Assembly: GCA_025457965.1 (NCBI GenBank)
Contig: JALOTJ010000015.1
Location: forward strand, 1 to 59,466
Direction of reading: 5' to 3'
Length of the DNA stretch: 59,466 nt
Source of the DNA: Spirochaetota bacterium
GTDB lineage: Bacteria; Spirochaetota; UBA4802; UBA5368
Shown piece after piece: positions 48,282 through 57,248 of the stretch. The translations under genes and the position numbers were made by a program. Position 1 is the first letter of the stretch. The number at the start of each line of letters is the position of its first letter. The notes beneath the pieces were generated by a model. That model was not told the DNA's origin. It saw only the letters and a list, made by a program, of their open reading frames with translations, and ran no database searches.

Positions 48282-49043
48282 TCAGGTGCCCGGGAAGAAG
48301 TGTACCTCGGGCCTGCCGTTATAGATGTTCCTCGAAACGAGCACCTCGGTTCTGAAATACCTGCGTATGATGTCCGCGTCGAGCGATTCAGGGGCGATGT
48401 CCTCGACCACTGCGCCGTCCTCCATTACAAGTATGCGGTCGGCGGTCTGTGCCGCAAAGCTCAGGTCGCCCGACGCGAACAGCACGGTTCTGTCACCTCC
48501 CATGGTGTGACGCGCGAGGGCACGCTGGACAATCCCCATGGAGTGAATGCCGAGGCCGGCGACGGGATCATCCATGAGGAGCAGCTCGGAGTCGCGCAGG
48601 ACGCTCAGGGCGATAAGCGCGCGACGCAATGCGTCGGAGGGGAGCGTACAGAACACCCGCGAACGGTATTCATCGAGATCGAACGCCTCGATCGCGGAGT
48701 CGGCGGCCTGCAGATGGTGTTCGCCGAATGGGTGGAGAAAACGCTTCATGTGGGCGCGCGCCAGCAGAAGGAAATCGTGGAGGGTTTCGCCGAAGTCGGC
48801 CGGTGTGCTGCCATCGAAGTAGGAGACGTACAGGGGATATTCCTTTTGTGTGATGCCTGAGAGCGACCGCCCGGCAATCAGTATTTCGCCGGGCGGGGAG
48901 AAGCGTCGGGCCACCGCCGCGAGGAGAAGGGACTTCCCCGAACCGGACGGCCCTATTATTGCCGTAATCGAGCCCGTTTCGAACTCGAGCGAGATCGGCG
49001 TTTCCGCGCCCATGGGCAGGCGCACACCCCGAAGTTCAAGCAT
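48282..49043 (-). CDS. ABC-transporter ATPase-like protein with degenerate catalytic motifs
   Basis: Walker A is intact (GPSGSGKS). The other positions read: Q-loop YFDG, signature LPSDA, Walker B LLLMDDP, D-loop AGLG, H-loop SGDL. Confidence 0.8.
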   Translation of the reverse strand: MLELRGVRLPMGAETPISLEFETGSITAIIGPSGSGKSLLLAAVARRFSPPGEILIAGRSLSGITQKEYPLYVSYFDGSTPADFGETLHDFLLLARAHMKRFLHPFGEHHLQAADSAIEAFDLDEYRSRVFCTLPSDALRRALIALSVLRDSELLLMDDPVAGLGIHSMGIVQRALARHTMGGDRTVLFASGDLSFAAQTADRILVMEDGAVVEDIAPESLDADIIRRYFRTEVLVSRNIYNGRPEVHFFPGT

Positions 49044-49941
49044 GCGGGAATATCCTCCTCATGTTTTTATGAAAAAAGACCACGCCCGTTACGACAAACC
49101 ACAGGGGCGCGATGAAGATCGATCCCGCCAGCGACGAGGCCAGCAGAAGGATCTGGGCGAAACAAAGGTACTGCGCGAGCGTTGAGAGGTCGCGCGCAAT
49201 ACCGATTTTTGTACCGCGTGGAGCCGGGCCGACGAGCACGGCGCCGCCGAACCAGCCCGCGACGAGCAGGGTGATGGAGGTGAGGAGTCCCCGCGCGCAG
49301 AGGAGCGCGGTACGGGCACGCTCGTGATTCATGCCGGCCCCCTGGAAGTAAGACCGGCCGAGCGAAAGGAGCGCGAGTTCGGGTGCGGCCCTTCGCGCGA
49401 AAAAATGGATCGCAACGAGCACCGGGATGACTGCCGCGGGTGCATAGATCGCACCGATCGATGCGCCCGCGGGGCCTGATAACAGGCCGGAGAGCGCGGC
49501 CGTGTCGAAGCGCGGATCGGCGCTCAGCATGAAGAGCGCCGGCACGGCGAAGAGGAGATTGAGCGCGATTCCCGCCAGGACGGTGTCCCTCCGGCCGAGC
49601 GTGAGAAAACGGCGCGTATAGAATTCAAAAAGTACGGCAAGGACGGGTACGAGACAAAAAACCGCGATGGTCGAGGAGAAAAAGCGCGTGGAGATAATGA
49701 TACACAGGCTGAGGAAGGCGGCTCTTCCCGAGTGCAGGTAGTCGGGAGCGGGCGGCGGCCCCGTGGCATCGATTCGTCCGAGGAGAAAACAGGCATAGCC
49801 GCCCGCGGCGTACCAGAGGGCTGCGGCGGGGCTTTTCCCGACGGCAAGTACGGTGCAGACGGCGGCCGTCGCGGCCGCGAGGGCGAACCCGAAGGCCATC
49901 AACTCGAAGGGCGCCGTCGCGCTTTCAGTTTCTGGTCTCAC
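49036..49941 (-). CDS. polytopic membrane protein, divergent FecCD/BtuC-like permease
   Basis: GTG start and multiple TM helices. The segment LALLSLGRSYFQGAGMNHERARTALLCARGLLTSITLLVAG resembles the FecCD conserved region. It overlaps both neighbours (8 and 17 nt). Confidence 0.5.
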   Translation of the reverse strand: MRPETESATAPFELMAFGFALAAATAAVCTVLAVGKSPAAALWYAAGGYACFLLGRIDATGPPPAPDYLHSGRAAFLSLCIIISTRFFSSTIAVFCLVPVLAVLFEFYTRRFLTLGRRDTVLAGIALNLLFAVPALFMLSADPRFDTAALSGLLSGPAGASIGAIYAPAAVIPVLVAIHFFARRAAPELALLSLGRSYFQGAGMNHERARTALLCARGLLTSITLLVAGWFGGAVLVGPAPRGTKIGIARDLSTLAQYLCFAQILLLASSLAGSIFIAPLWFVVTGVVFFHKNMRRIFPHA

Positions 49942-51385
49942 CGGATTTCGCTTTGGCCTCTTCCTCGATCTGCGAGAGAATTTTTGAAAGCACGGGCTCT
50001 TTACTTGCCTTCGCCCTGTACGTTTCGCTGGACACCAGCCCGGTCAGGATGGTCCGCGCGCGCCCGGTTTGGCCGGTCTTAGCGTAGAGCAGGCAGAGGA
50101 TATAGCGGTCTTCCTCACCGCCGGGCGAGAGCCGCTCGTAGCGGCGGATGGCTTCTTCGTAATCGCCGAGGTGATAGCTGGCCCGTGCGCGCATGAGGTT
50201 CTGCTCGTGCGTGCGCCCACCGTCGGGAAGGGCCTGCATTATTGTATCGGCGCGCGCGTAGTTTCCGGCCTGGAAATGGTGTTTTGCCAGGATCTCGAAG
50301 GCGCGGTGATATTTTTGAGGTATATCGCTTTCACCCTCGGTAAGATTGAAGAGGCGGTCGAATTCGGCCGTGTGGCGCGCGTCACCCAGGCGGTAATGGA
50401 TGCTGCCGGTCTGGAAGATGACCTCGGTGTCGTCGGGGTCGAGTTTGTGGGCCTTCTCGAGCGATGAGAGCGCCTCGCGGTAGTTTTCCTCGCGGATGTT
50501 GATTGCCGAGAGCATCAGGAGCGCGTCGCGCGAGGCGGCGTTGAGCTTGAGCGCGGAGGCCAGGTGCTCCTTGGACTTTTCGAAATTGCGGATATTATAC
50601 TGGGCCGTTGCGTTTTTTATGTAGACCTGGTATCGCGAATTTTTATCGAGAAAACTGGTTTCCATGGCGCGGTCTAAATGGAAGGCCGCGTCACGGTAAG
50701 CCTCGCGCTGGAAATAGATGTCGCCCATGAGAAGGTGCACCTCTCCGTAGAAGGGGATGCGGTCTGCCACCCGCGCGAAGTAGTGGAGCGCCTCTCCGCC
50801 GCGGCCTCTTCTGAGCTCGGAGAGGCCGAGCTCAAACTGGGGCGCGAGAAAGGACGACTCGCGGGATAGCGCCTCCCGGAATGCGGACTCGGCCTCGTCG
50901 TATTTTTCGGCCTTTTTAAACTCGATTCCGCGATTGTACGACTGCTTGGCTTCTTCGTTGTCCGTCCACAGGAATTTGTTGATGACCGATTCGACCTTGG
51001 TCTTGGCACCGTCGTCGCCGGTGCGTTCGTAGAGCTCGCGGCAGAACTTTACCATGCCCGTGTAATCGCCCGTCTGTTCGGTGAGCACGATGACGTTCCA
51101 GTAGGCAAGCTTATAGTATTTGCGGTTGATGCGGCCCTTGACCGCGAGCTGGTAGTACTCGACCGCCTTCTCGAAGTTCTTTTCGTTCTTCTCGATCTCA
51201 CCGAGGAAGTAGTAGGCATTGCCGTCGTTGCTGGCCTCCACGGCCTTCAGGAACATCTCGCGCGCCTTGGCGTAATTGCGGTATACGTAATAGCGGCTGC
51301 CCTGGTCGAAATAGCCGGCACGGGTGTCGGCGGCAGGTAACAGGACGAGCAGGAGAAGTGCGCTGAAAAACAGGTTCTTTTTCAT
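49925..51385 (-). CDS. secreted multi-TPR repeat protein
   Basis: Start trimmed to MKKNLFFSALLLLVLLPAADTRA (signal peptide), followed by about 10 TPR-like repeats. It is the first gene of the TPR-permease-ATPase operon. Confidence 0.7.
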   Translation of the reverse strand: MKKNLFFSALLLLVLLPAADTRAGYFDQGSRYYVYRNYAKAREMFLKAVEASNDGNAYYFLGEIEKNEKNFEKAVEYYQLAVKGRINRKYYKLAYWNVIVLTEQTGDYTGMVKFCRELYERTGDDGAKTKVESVINKFLWTDNEEAKQSYNRGIEFKKAEKYDEAESAFREALSRESSFLAPQFELGLSELRRGRGGEALHYFARVADRIPFYGEVHLLMGDIYFQREAYRDAAFHLDRAMETSFLDKNSRYQVYIKNATAQYNIRNFEKSKEHLASALKLNAASRDALLMLSAINIREENYREALSSLEKAHKLDPDDTEVIFQTGSIHYRLGDARHTAEFDRLFNLTEGESDIPQKYHRAFEILAKHHFQAGNYARADTIMQALPDGGRTHEQNLMRARASYHLGDYEEAIRRYERLSPGGEEDRYILCLLYAKTGQTGRARTILTGLVSSETYRAKASKEPVLSKILSQIEEEAKAKSGETRN

Positions 51386-51745
51386 ATCAGTGTAATAAAA
51401 CTCCAATTATACAAAGATAGCACGGCGCGCGCGGCCTTTTGTCAAGAGAATTCCTCCGCGTTCACCGGCGGTGTGCCAAAATCCCGGGTGACTATAGTAG
51501 ACTTGTTGTATAACTGACAAAAATGTCGTCGCGAGGAGGCCGCAGGCCGACGTGGCGATCTCAAAAGGCAACAAGTTAGAGGCGAAAAACCAGATACTGT
51601 ATGAGATTGCCGCGCCCCGATAAGACCGGGGCCCGCAATGGCAGCATGGTAGTATGATGTATCCCGGAATTTATTGTTTACGCTTCGCCGGCGGGCACAA
51701 TTTACATTTGACTTAATTCTTCCGGCACGCCATACAGGCGCCATT

Positions 51746-53308
51746 ATGGTCGCGCAATCCATGCTCAGATCGGCGGGCGTCGTCATGCTCTCCACGCTCA
51801 CCAGCCGCGTTATGGGCTTCGTTCGCGACATGATCGTCGCCGCCTGTTTCGGGGCCTCGGCATCGCTCGACGGCTTCTTCATCGCCTTTCGCATACCGAA
51901 TTTGCTCAGGAGGCTGGTGGCCGAGGGAGCGCTTACCATCTCCTTCATTCCGATCTATACCGAGTACCTGGTTAAAAAAGGAGACGGGGAAGGGCTTGAG
52001 CTGGCGCAAAAGACGCTCTCGATATTGCTGGTGGTGCTGGCAACGCTCTGCGCCCTCGGGGTGTTTTTTTCACCTGAAATTGTGAGGCTCTTCGCCTACG
52101 GCTTCACCGACGAGGCGGTGCTCGCGCTCACCACCGACCTGAACCGGATCATGTTTCCCTACCTCTTTTTCGTCGGGCTGGTCGCCTTCGCGATGGGGGT
52201 GCTGAACTCGCACGGCTATTTTTTCGCGCCGGCGTTTTCGCCCGTGCTGTTAAATGTGGGCTTTATAATCGGCGCGCTCTTTTTTCGGGATCTGTTCGAT
52301 GAGCCGCTCCACGGGCTGGCCTGGGGCGTGATACTGGGGGGCGTTCTGCAAGTCGTTCTTCAAATACCCTACATGGTGAAGTCCGGATTTCGCATGCGCT
52401 TTTCGATCGACTTCAACCACCCGGGCATCCGCTCGATATTCAGACTTATCGCACCGGCGGTTTTCGGCATAGCGATATACCAGATCAATATTTTCATGAG
52501 CACGGTGCTGGCGTCCATGCTTGCCCCCGGGAGCATCTCGTACCTGTATTACTCGGACCGGCTGACCGAGATGGTGCTGGGGATTTTCATCATCTCGATC
52601 GGTAACGTCATCCTGCCCGAGATGTCGCGCGTTTCGGCGAAGGACGACTTCGAGGCGCTCAAGAGCATTTATGTCCGGTCGGTGCGCGCGGCGCTCTTCC
52701 TGGCCGTGCCGGCGGCGGCGGCGCTCATGGCGGCGGGGCTGCCGATCGTATCGGTGCTCTTCATGCGGGGGGCATTCACCGCGTATCACGCCGAAATGAC
52801 GGCGCGCGCACTTTTTTGCGCGAGCATCGGCATCGCCTCGGTCGCGGTGCTTCGCATAACCACACCGACCTTCTACTCGCTGAAGGACACCCGGACCCCG
52901 GTCGTGACCTCGGCGGTCTCGTTTGTAATCAATATCAGCCTGGGCTACGTACTCATGCAAACGGCGCTCGCGCACGCGGGACTGTCGCTGGCCAATTCAA
53001 TTTCGGGGACGGTGCAGATGGGGCTCCTCCTCTGGTGGCTCTTCCGGAAAATCGGAGCGGTCGCCGCGCGTCCACTGATCGTGCCCGTCATAAAATACTG
53101 CCTCGCCAGCGGCGCGATGGTCGGCGTTATACTGCTCGTTGCCGGCATTGTGGACTGGACGGGCGATCCGTTCATCCGCCGCGCGCTTTTTCTTATTATC
53201 GTGGTGGCTTCCGGCGGCGCGGTATACCTGCTTGCGTGCCTGGCGCTTGGAGTGGAGGAGATGCGCTACATTATCGATAAGATGCGGAGCGTTGCGGGGA
53301 GGCGCTGA
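51746..53308 (+). CDS. murJ: lipid II flippase MurJ
   Basis: SRVMGFVRDMIVAACFGAS...DGFFIAFRIPNLLRRLVAEGALTISFIPIY, with about 14 TM helices. Start set to the ATG at 51746. Confidence 0.9.
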   Translation: MVAQSMLRSAGVVMLSTLTSRVMGFVRDMIVAACFGASASLDGFFIAFRIPNLLRRLVAEGALTISFIPIYTEYLVKKGDGEGLELAQKTLSILLVVLATLCALGVFFSPEIVRLFAYGFTDEAVLALTTDLNRIMFPYLFFVGLVAFAMGVLNSHGYFFAPAFSPVLLNVGFIIGALFFRDLFDEPLHGLAWGVILGGVLQVVLQIPYMVKSGFRMRFSIDFNHPGIRSIFRLIAPAVFGIAIYQINIFMSTVLASMLAPGSISYLYYSDRLTEMVLGIFIISIGNVILPEMSRVSAKDDFEALKSIYVRSVRAALFLAVPAAAALMAAGLPIVSVLFMRGAFTAYHAEMTARALFCASIGIASVAVLRITTPTFYSLKDTRTPVVTSAVSFVINISLGYVLMQTALAHAGLSLANSISGTVQMGLLLWWLFRKIGAVAARPLIVPVIKYCLASGAMVGVILLVAGIVDWTGDPFIRRALFLIIVVASGGAVYLLACLALGVEEMRYIIDKMRSVAGRR

Positions 53309-53324
53309 ACTACGCGCCGGAGGC

Positions 53325-54122
53325 TCAGGGTTCCCGCTCCACCGAGAGGTTTTTGATCGCCGCCACCGCCCTGAGGTACGACAGGGGCGTCGCCGTTTTA
53401 AGATGATGATACGAGAAAGCCACGTAGCGGTTTGCCTGCTTTGCGCCCGGCCGCGTGGCATCGACCTGCACCCATTTCCCGTTCCGGTGCGCCTCGGCCC
53501 ACATGTGAAAGACAAAGACGTTGTGCGCTCCCTCGAAACTCTCGCTGTAGACCATCCCCACCACGGCGCGCGCCGGCACGCCGAGCGAGCGAAGCAGCGC
53601 CACGGCGAGCACGGCGTGTTCGGTGCAGTCGCCCGCGCGGCCGATCGCTATTTCGCGCGCCGGTATGATGGGTATGCCGGCTCGTTTATCGGTGATGTGC
53701 GCGTATACCAGCCGCTCGACGGCGTCGATTTCGTCGGCCCTGCCCCTGGCACGGGTGGCAAGCGCCCGCAAGAAGGGATCGTCCAGGTTCAACAGCGCCG
53801 TATCGTCGAGGTGGCCGGCGGCGGGCGGATTCGCCCCGTCGATGCCCGACTGTAGTGACAGCATGGTCTTTCCTCCACGGCTACGGCGCGCGGTTACGCG
53901 CTGGAAGGGGGTGTCGGGCAGGGAAAAGGAAGGGTCGGTCGAGGATAACAGGTAACGGCTTACGCGTTCCAGGGGGATGCGCGCCGTGTCGCCGCGCGCC
54001 GGCACGGAGAACATGGCGGGATCGAGCGCGGTCGAATCGGCGCTCCAGGTGAAAGCGATCATCAGGGACGCGGCGGTGCACCATCGCCTGATGCCGCGGG
54101 ACTTGTTTGCGTTATGGCTCAT
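53325..54122 (-). CDS. transglutaminase-like cysteine peptidase domain protein
   Basis: A Cys-His-Asp arrangement: GRAGDCTEHAVLAVALLRSLGVPAR ... HMWAEA ... WVQVDAT. Confidence 0.8.
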   Translation of the reverse strand: MSHNANKSRGIRRWCTAASLMIAFTWSADSTALDPAMFSVPARGDTARIPLERVSRYLLSSTDPSFSLPDTPFQRVTARRSRGGKTMLSLQSGIDGANPPAAGHLDDTALLNLDDPFLRALATRARGRADEIDAVERLVYAHITDKRAGIPIIPAREIAIGRAGDCTEHAVLAVALLRSLGVPARAVVGMVYSESFEGAHNVFVFHMWAEAHRNGKWVQVDATRPGAKQANRYVAFSYHHLKTATPLSYLRAVAAIKNLSVEREP

Positions 54123-54805
54123 TCGAGGATGAGCTCGACGGTGAGGTTCATCATCTGGATGACCGCCTTTACCATTACGCCCTTTTCGTCGAGGTACGAG
54201 TCGGCGCTTTTGATGACATCGATCGACTGGCTGACGTGGAGCAGCCTGCGCTTCGTTCCCGCGACGTCGACGAGCTCCCGTCCCACCACGCGCGTGGTGA
54301 CGGGGACCAGCGCGTCGAGTTCGATGGACGGATCGTAGATGGCGCCTTTAATTTCGAGGCCCTCGCGGAAGCGGCCCTCGATGAGTTTCGCCGCAAAGTA
54401 GTTGCCGTCGAGCACAAAATCGCCCTGCAGGGTGACGGTCGTTTTTCGACCGCCGGAACGGATTTCGACGTTTCTGCCGCGGAAGAGGGCTGTCGTTTCG
54501 ATGTCCTTCCATCCCGTCGGGAATTTTATGCGGTTGCTGGTTTCGATTTTTACCGGGGTGAACTCCGTGGTTTCGGTGACGACCTGCCTGGAGACGTTCT
54601 GCATTCCGGCGATGTTCATAGTGAGCTCGGAGGTGATGATGTAGGTTTCGCCCTCCCTCCGGTTGGAGATGACGGCGTTTCCACCGCGCGCGCCGTTGAT
54701 GAGCAGGGCGTAATTCCAGCGTCCGGTCGGTATGGAGTCGGGAACGCCGCCGCATCCGAGCGAGATCAGAAGTGCGATGAGCAGGGCCGGGATGATATGG
54801 TTCAT
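54119..54805 (-). CDS. hypothetical lipoprotein
   Basis: Lipobox LISLGC. The body looks beta-rich. Its stop overlaps the transglutaminase-like gene start (ATGA). Confidence 0.6.
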   Translation of the reverse strand: MNHIIPALLIALLISLGCGGVPDSIPTGRWNYALLINGARGGNAVISNRREGETYIITSELTMNIAGMQNVSRQVVTETTEFTPVKIETSNRIKFPTGWKDIETTALFRGRNVEIRSGGRKTTVTLQGDFVLDGNYFAAKLIEGRFREGLEIKGAIYDPSIELDALVPVTTRVVGRELVDVAGTKRRLLHVSQSIDVIKSADSYLDEKGVMVKAVIQMMNLTVELILE

Positions 54806-54864
54806 GCTTTCCTCCTGCGTGTGGTGATGGCGCGCCGGTTCCGACCGGTCCGCGGCGGGGTGCT

Positions 54865-55359
54865 TCAGGGCGCCCCGGTATCCGCCGCGTATTCCTCCGC
54901 GTCGATTGCGCTTCCGTTCCTTTCGATTGTCTGACCCGTGCGAACCAGTTCGCCGACGGGGGTGACGCGTACGCCGTCGATGGTGATGGTCATGGTGGCA
55001 ACGTGCCGGCGCGCCGAAGCGAACAGGTAGCCTCCCCGGGTCGAGTAAAGATGCGAACGTTCGCCCGCAGACCGGCTCTTTCCGTCACGCGTGTTATCGA
55101 CGGGAATGGTCTCCTCGATTATGCGAAATCCGAGGCCGGTGTGGGCGGCGATCTCGCGGGCCGCAGAGAGGATGCCGCCGGCGGTGTCGGCGAGCGCGCC
55201 GGGGGCGAACATCTGGCGTATGCCGCGCAGGAGCGCCCCGGCGGCCTCGTCGTCGGGACGCCGCTCGCCGATCGTTCCGGTGAGATACAGCGTATCGCCC
55301 GCGCGGGCGCCGTTTTCGCGTACGATCAGCACGGCTTCTTCACCCGGCAAACCGGCCAT
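54865..55359 (-). CDS. stand-alone AIR-synthase-related C-terminal-domain-like protein (PurM/ThiL/HypE superfamily fragment?)
   Basis: ARAGDTLYLTGTIG...ALADTAGGILSAAREIAAHTGLGFRIIEETIPV resembles the AIRS_C fold. No N-terminal domain is present, and the ORF start overlaps the gltX 3' end by 20 nt. Confidence 0.45.
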   Translation of the reverse strand: MAGLPGEEAVLIVRENGARAGDTLYLTGTIGERRPDDEAAGALLRGIRQMFAPGALADTAGGILSAAREIAAHTGLGFRIIEETIPVDNTRDGKSRSAGERSHLYSTRGGYLFASARRHVATMTITIDGVRVTPVGELVRTGQTIERNGSAIDAEEYAADTGAP

Positions 55360-56782
55360 GGATGTATTCGATGCGCTTGCGGCATTTTTCGTAACCGAGG
55401 ATCGGCACCGTTACATCGAGCTCGGGGCCGTGGAGCGAGCCGGTAAGCATGGCGCGTACGGGCATGAAGAGCTTCTTGCCCTTCATGCCGGTGTTCTTTT
55501 TTATACGGCCGACCAGTTCGGCGGCGCAGGTGGTTTCGTTGAGCTCGCCGGTGATGAGACGGTACGCCTCGGCGATGACGGCCTTCGAATCGGGCTCTTC
55601 GAGCATCGCGGAGGCCTCGGCGTCGGGTTCCATTATTTCGTCGAGGAAGAGCGCGGCGTGGCGCGGGACGTCGGAGAGCACCTCGCAGTTTCCCCGCACG
55701 GCGTCGATGACGCGCTCGAGCCAGGACCGGTCGAGCCCCGACACGTCGTAGCCGGCATCCGAAAGATGCGGTATGAAGAGATCGGTGATCTTGCCGAGAT
55801 CACAGGCGCGGATGTACATGCCGTTCATCCAGCGCAGCTTCTGGAAATCGAAGACGGCGGCGCTTCGCGCGAGGTTTCCCATCTCTATCTGCCGGGCGAT
55901 CTCCTCGACGCCGAGGATCTCCTCGCCGGACTCGGCGGCCCAGCCGAGCATGGCCAGGTAATTGACGAGCGCATCGGCCAGATACCCCTCGCGCCGATAT
56001 ACGTCGACCGAGGTGATGCCGTGGCGCTTGCTGAGCTTGGAGCGGTCGCTTCCCAGCACGAGCGAAAGGTGCGCGTACTCGGGCACGGGGAGTCCCAGCG
56101 CCCGGGCGATGAGCACCTGCTTGGGCGTGTTCGGGAGATGGTCCTCGCCGCGGACGACGTGCGTGATTTTCATGAGGGTGTCGTCGATGATGACGATGTA
56201 ATTGTACACCGGCACCCCGTCGGAGCGCACGATTATGAAATCGCCGCCGATATTGCCGCTCTCGAAGACGACCCGCCCCTTGATGTGGTCGTTTATGACG
56301 ACGGTTTCATCATCCGGTACGAGAAAGCGAACGGTGGGTTTCCGGCCCTGTGCCTCGAGCGCGGCCCTTTCGGTATCGCCGAGCCTGCGGCACTTTCCGG
56401 GATAGACGAATGCGCGCCCGGCCTCGGAGGCCTCGCGGCGCATCGCTTCGAGCTCGTCCTGGCTGCAGTAGCAGTGATAGGCCTTTTTTTCGGCGAGCAG
56501 GACGTCGGTGTATTTTTTATAGATGTCGAAACGCTCGGACTGCCTGTAGGGGCCGAAGTCGCCGCCGGCGTCGGGGCCCTCGTTCCAGCGGATGCCGAGC
56601 CAGCGCAGGTCGTCGAGAATGGACGCCTCGGACTCGCGCGTGCTTCGCTCCATGTCGGTGTCCTCGACGCGAAGCACGTAGGTGGCGCCGTACTTTCGCG
56701 CAAGGAGGTAGTTGAGCACCGCGGTGCGCGCGTTTCCGATGTGCAGGTAGCCCGTGGGGCTTGGGGCGAATCTGAGTCTCAT
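55340..56782 (-). CDS. gltX: glutamyl-tRNA synthetase
   Basis: RFAPSPTGYLHIGNARTA (HIGH) and KLSKRHG (KMSKS). Length 480 aa. Confidence 0.93.
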   Translation of the reverse strand: MRLRFAPSPTGYLHIGNARTAVLNYLLARKYGATYVLRVEDTDMERSTRESEASILDDLRWLGIRWNEGPDAGGDFGPYRQSERFDIYKKYTDVLLAEKKAYHCYCSQDELEAMRREASEAGRAFVYPGKCRRLGDTERAALEAQGRKPTVRFLVPDDETVVINDHIKGRVVFESGNIGGDFIIVRSDGVPVYNYIVIIDDTLMKITHVVRGEDHLPNTPKQVLIARALGLPVPEYAHLSLVLGSDRSKLSKRHGITSVDVYRREGYLADALVNYLAMLGWAAESGEEILGVEEIARQIEMGNLARSAAVFDFQKLRWMNGMYIRACDLGKITDLFIPHLSDAGYDVSGLDRSWLERVIDAVRGNCEVLSDVPRHAALFLDEIMEPDAEASAMLEEPDSKAVIAEAYRLITGELNETTCAAELVGRIKKNTGMKGKKLFMPVRAMLTGSLHGPELDVTVPILGYEKCRKRIEYIHGRFAG

Positions 56783-56871
56783 TGGGTTCTCCTTGGACTG
56801 CGTGTATCCGGAGCGGCCGGCCGGCGCCGGCAGGCGTATCCATCACGCCCGCGCCTTTTCGCCGTGCGCGC

Positions 56872-57105
56872 TCAGTAATCGTACAGATTGACCGACGGCC
56901 TTCCGGTAATGACCTGCGCGGCGTCGCGCGCGAGCCGGTTTTCGATTTTCTTGATGCGGTCCACGGTCTCCTCGGTGAAGAGCACGCGGCCGCAGCGCGT
57001 ACACTGAAAGGCGGGGATGTCCTCCAGCATCAGATAGAAATTATCGCGGCTTACGCTGTAACAGCTTTTTCCCTCGATCAGCGCCCCGCCGCAGCTGCAT
57101 TCCAT
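56872..57105 (-). CDS. YgiT/MqsA-N-type zinc-finger protein (77 aa)
   Basis: MECSCGG...FQCTRCGRVLFTEET. This C4 ribbon matches the YgiT-type finger. No toxin-like partner ORF is adjacent. Confidence 0.6.
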   Translation of the reverse strand: MECSCGGALIEGKSCYSVSRDNFYLMLEDIPAFQCTRCGRVLFTEETVDRIKKIENRLARDAAQVITGRPSVNLYDY

Positions 57106-57248
57106 TAGGTGGCTCCGTTTCGGTCTTCGTGACGCCCGCGCGCCCCGGAAAGCTATATGTCGCGCCGACAGCCTCCCGCGTAAAGTACAATTTTTGCGTG
57201 GAGCGGGGGTAATCGCCGTAAATTTTGGCCGCGGATTGAGGGGAATGC

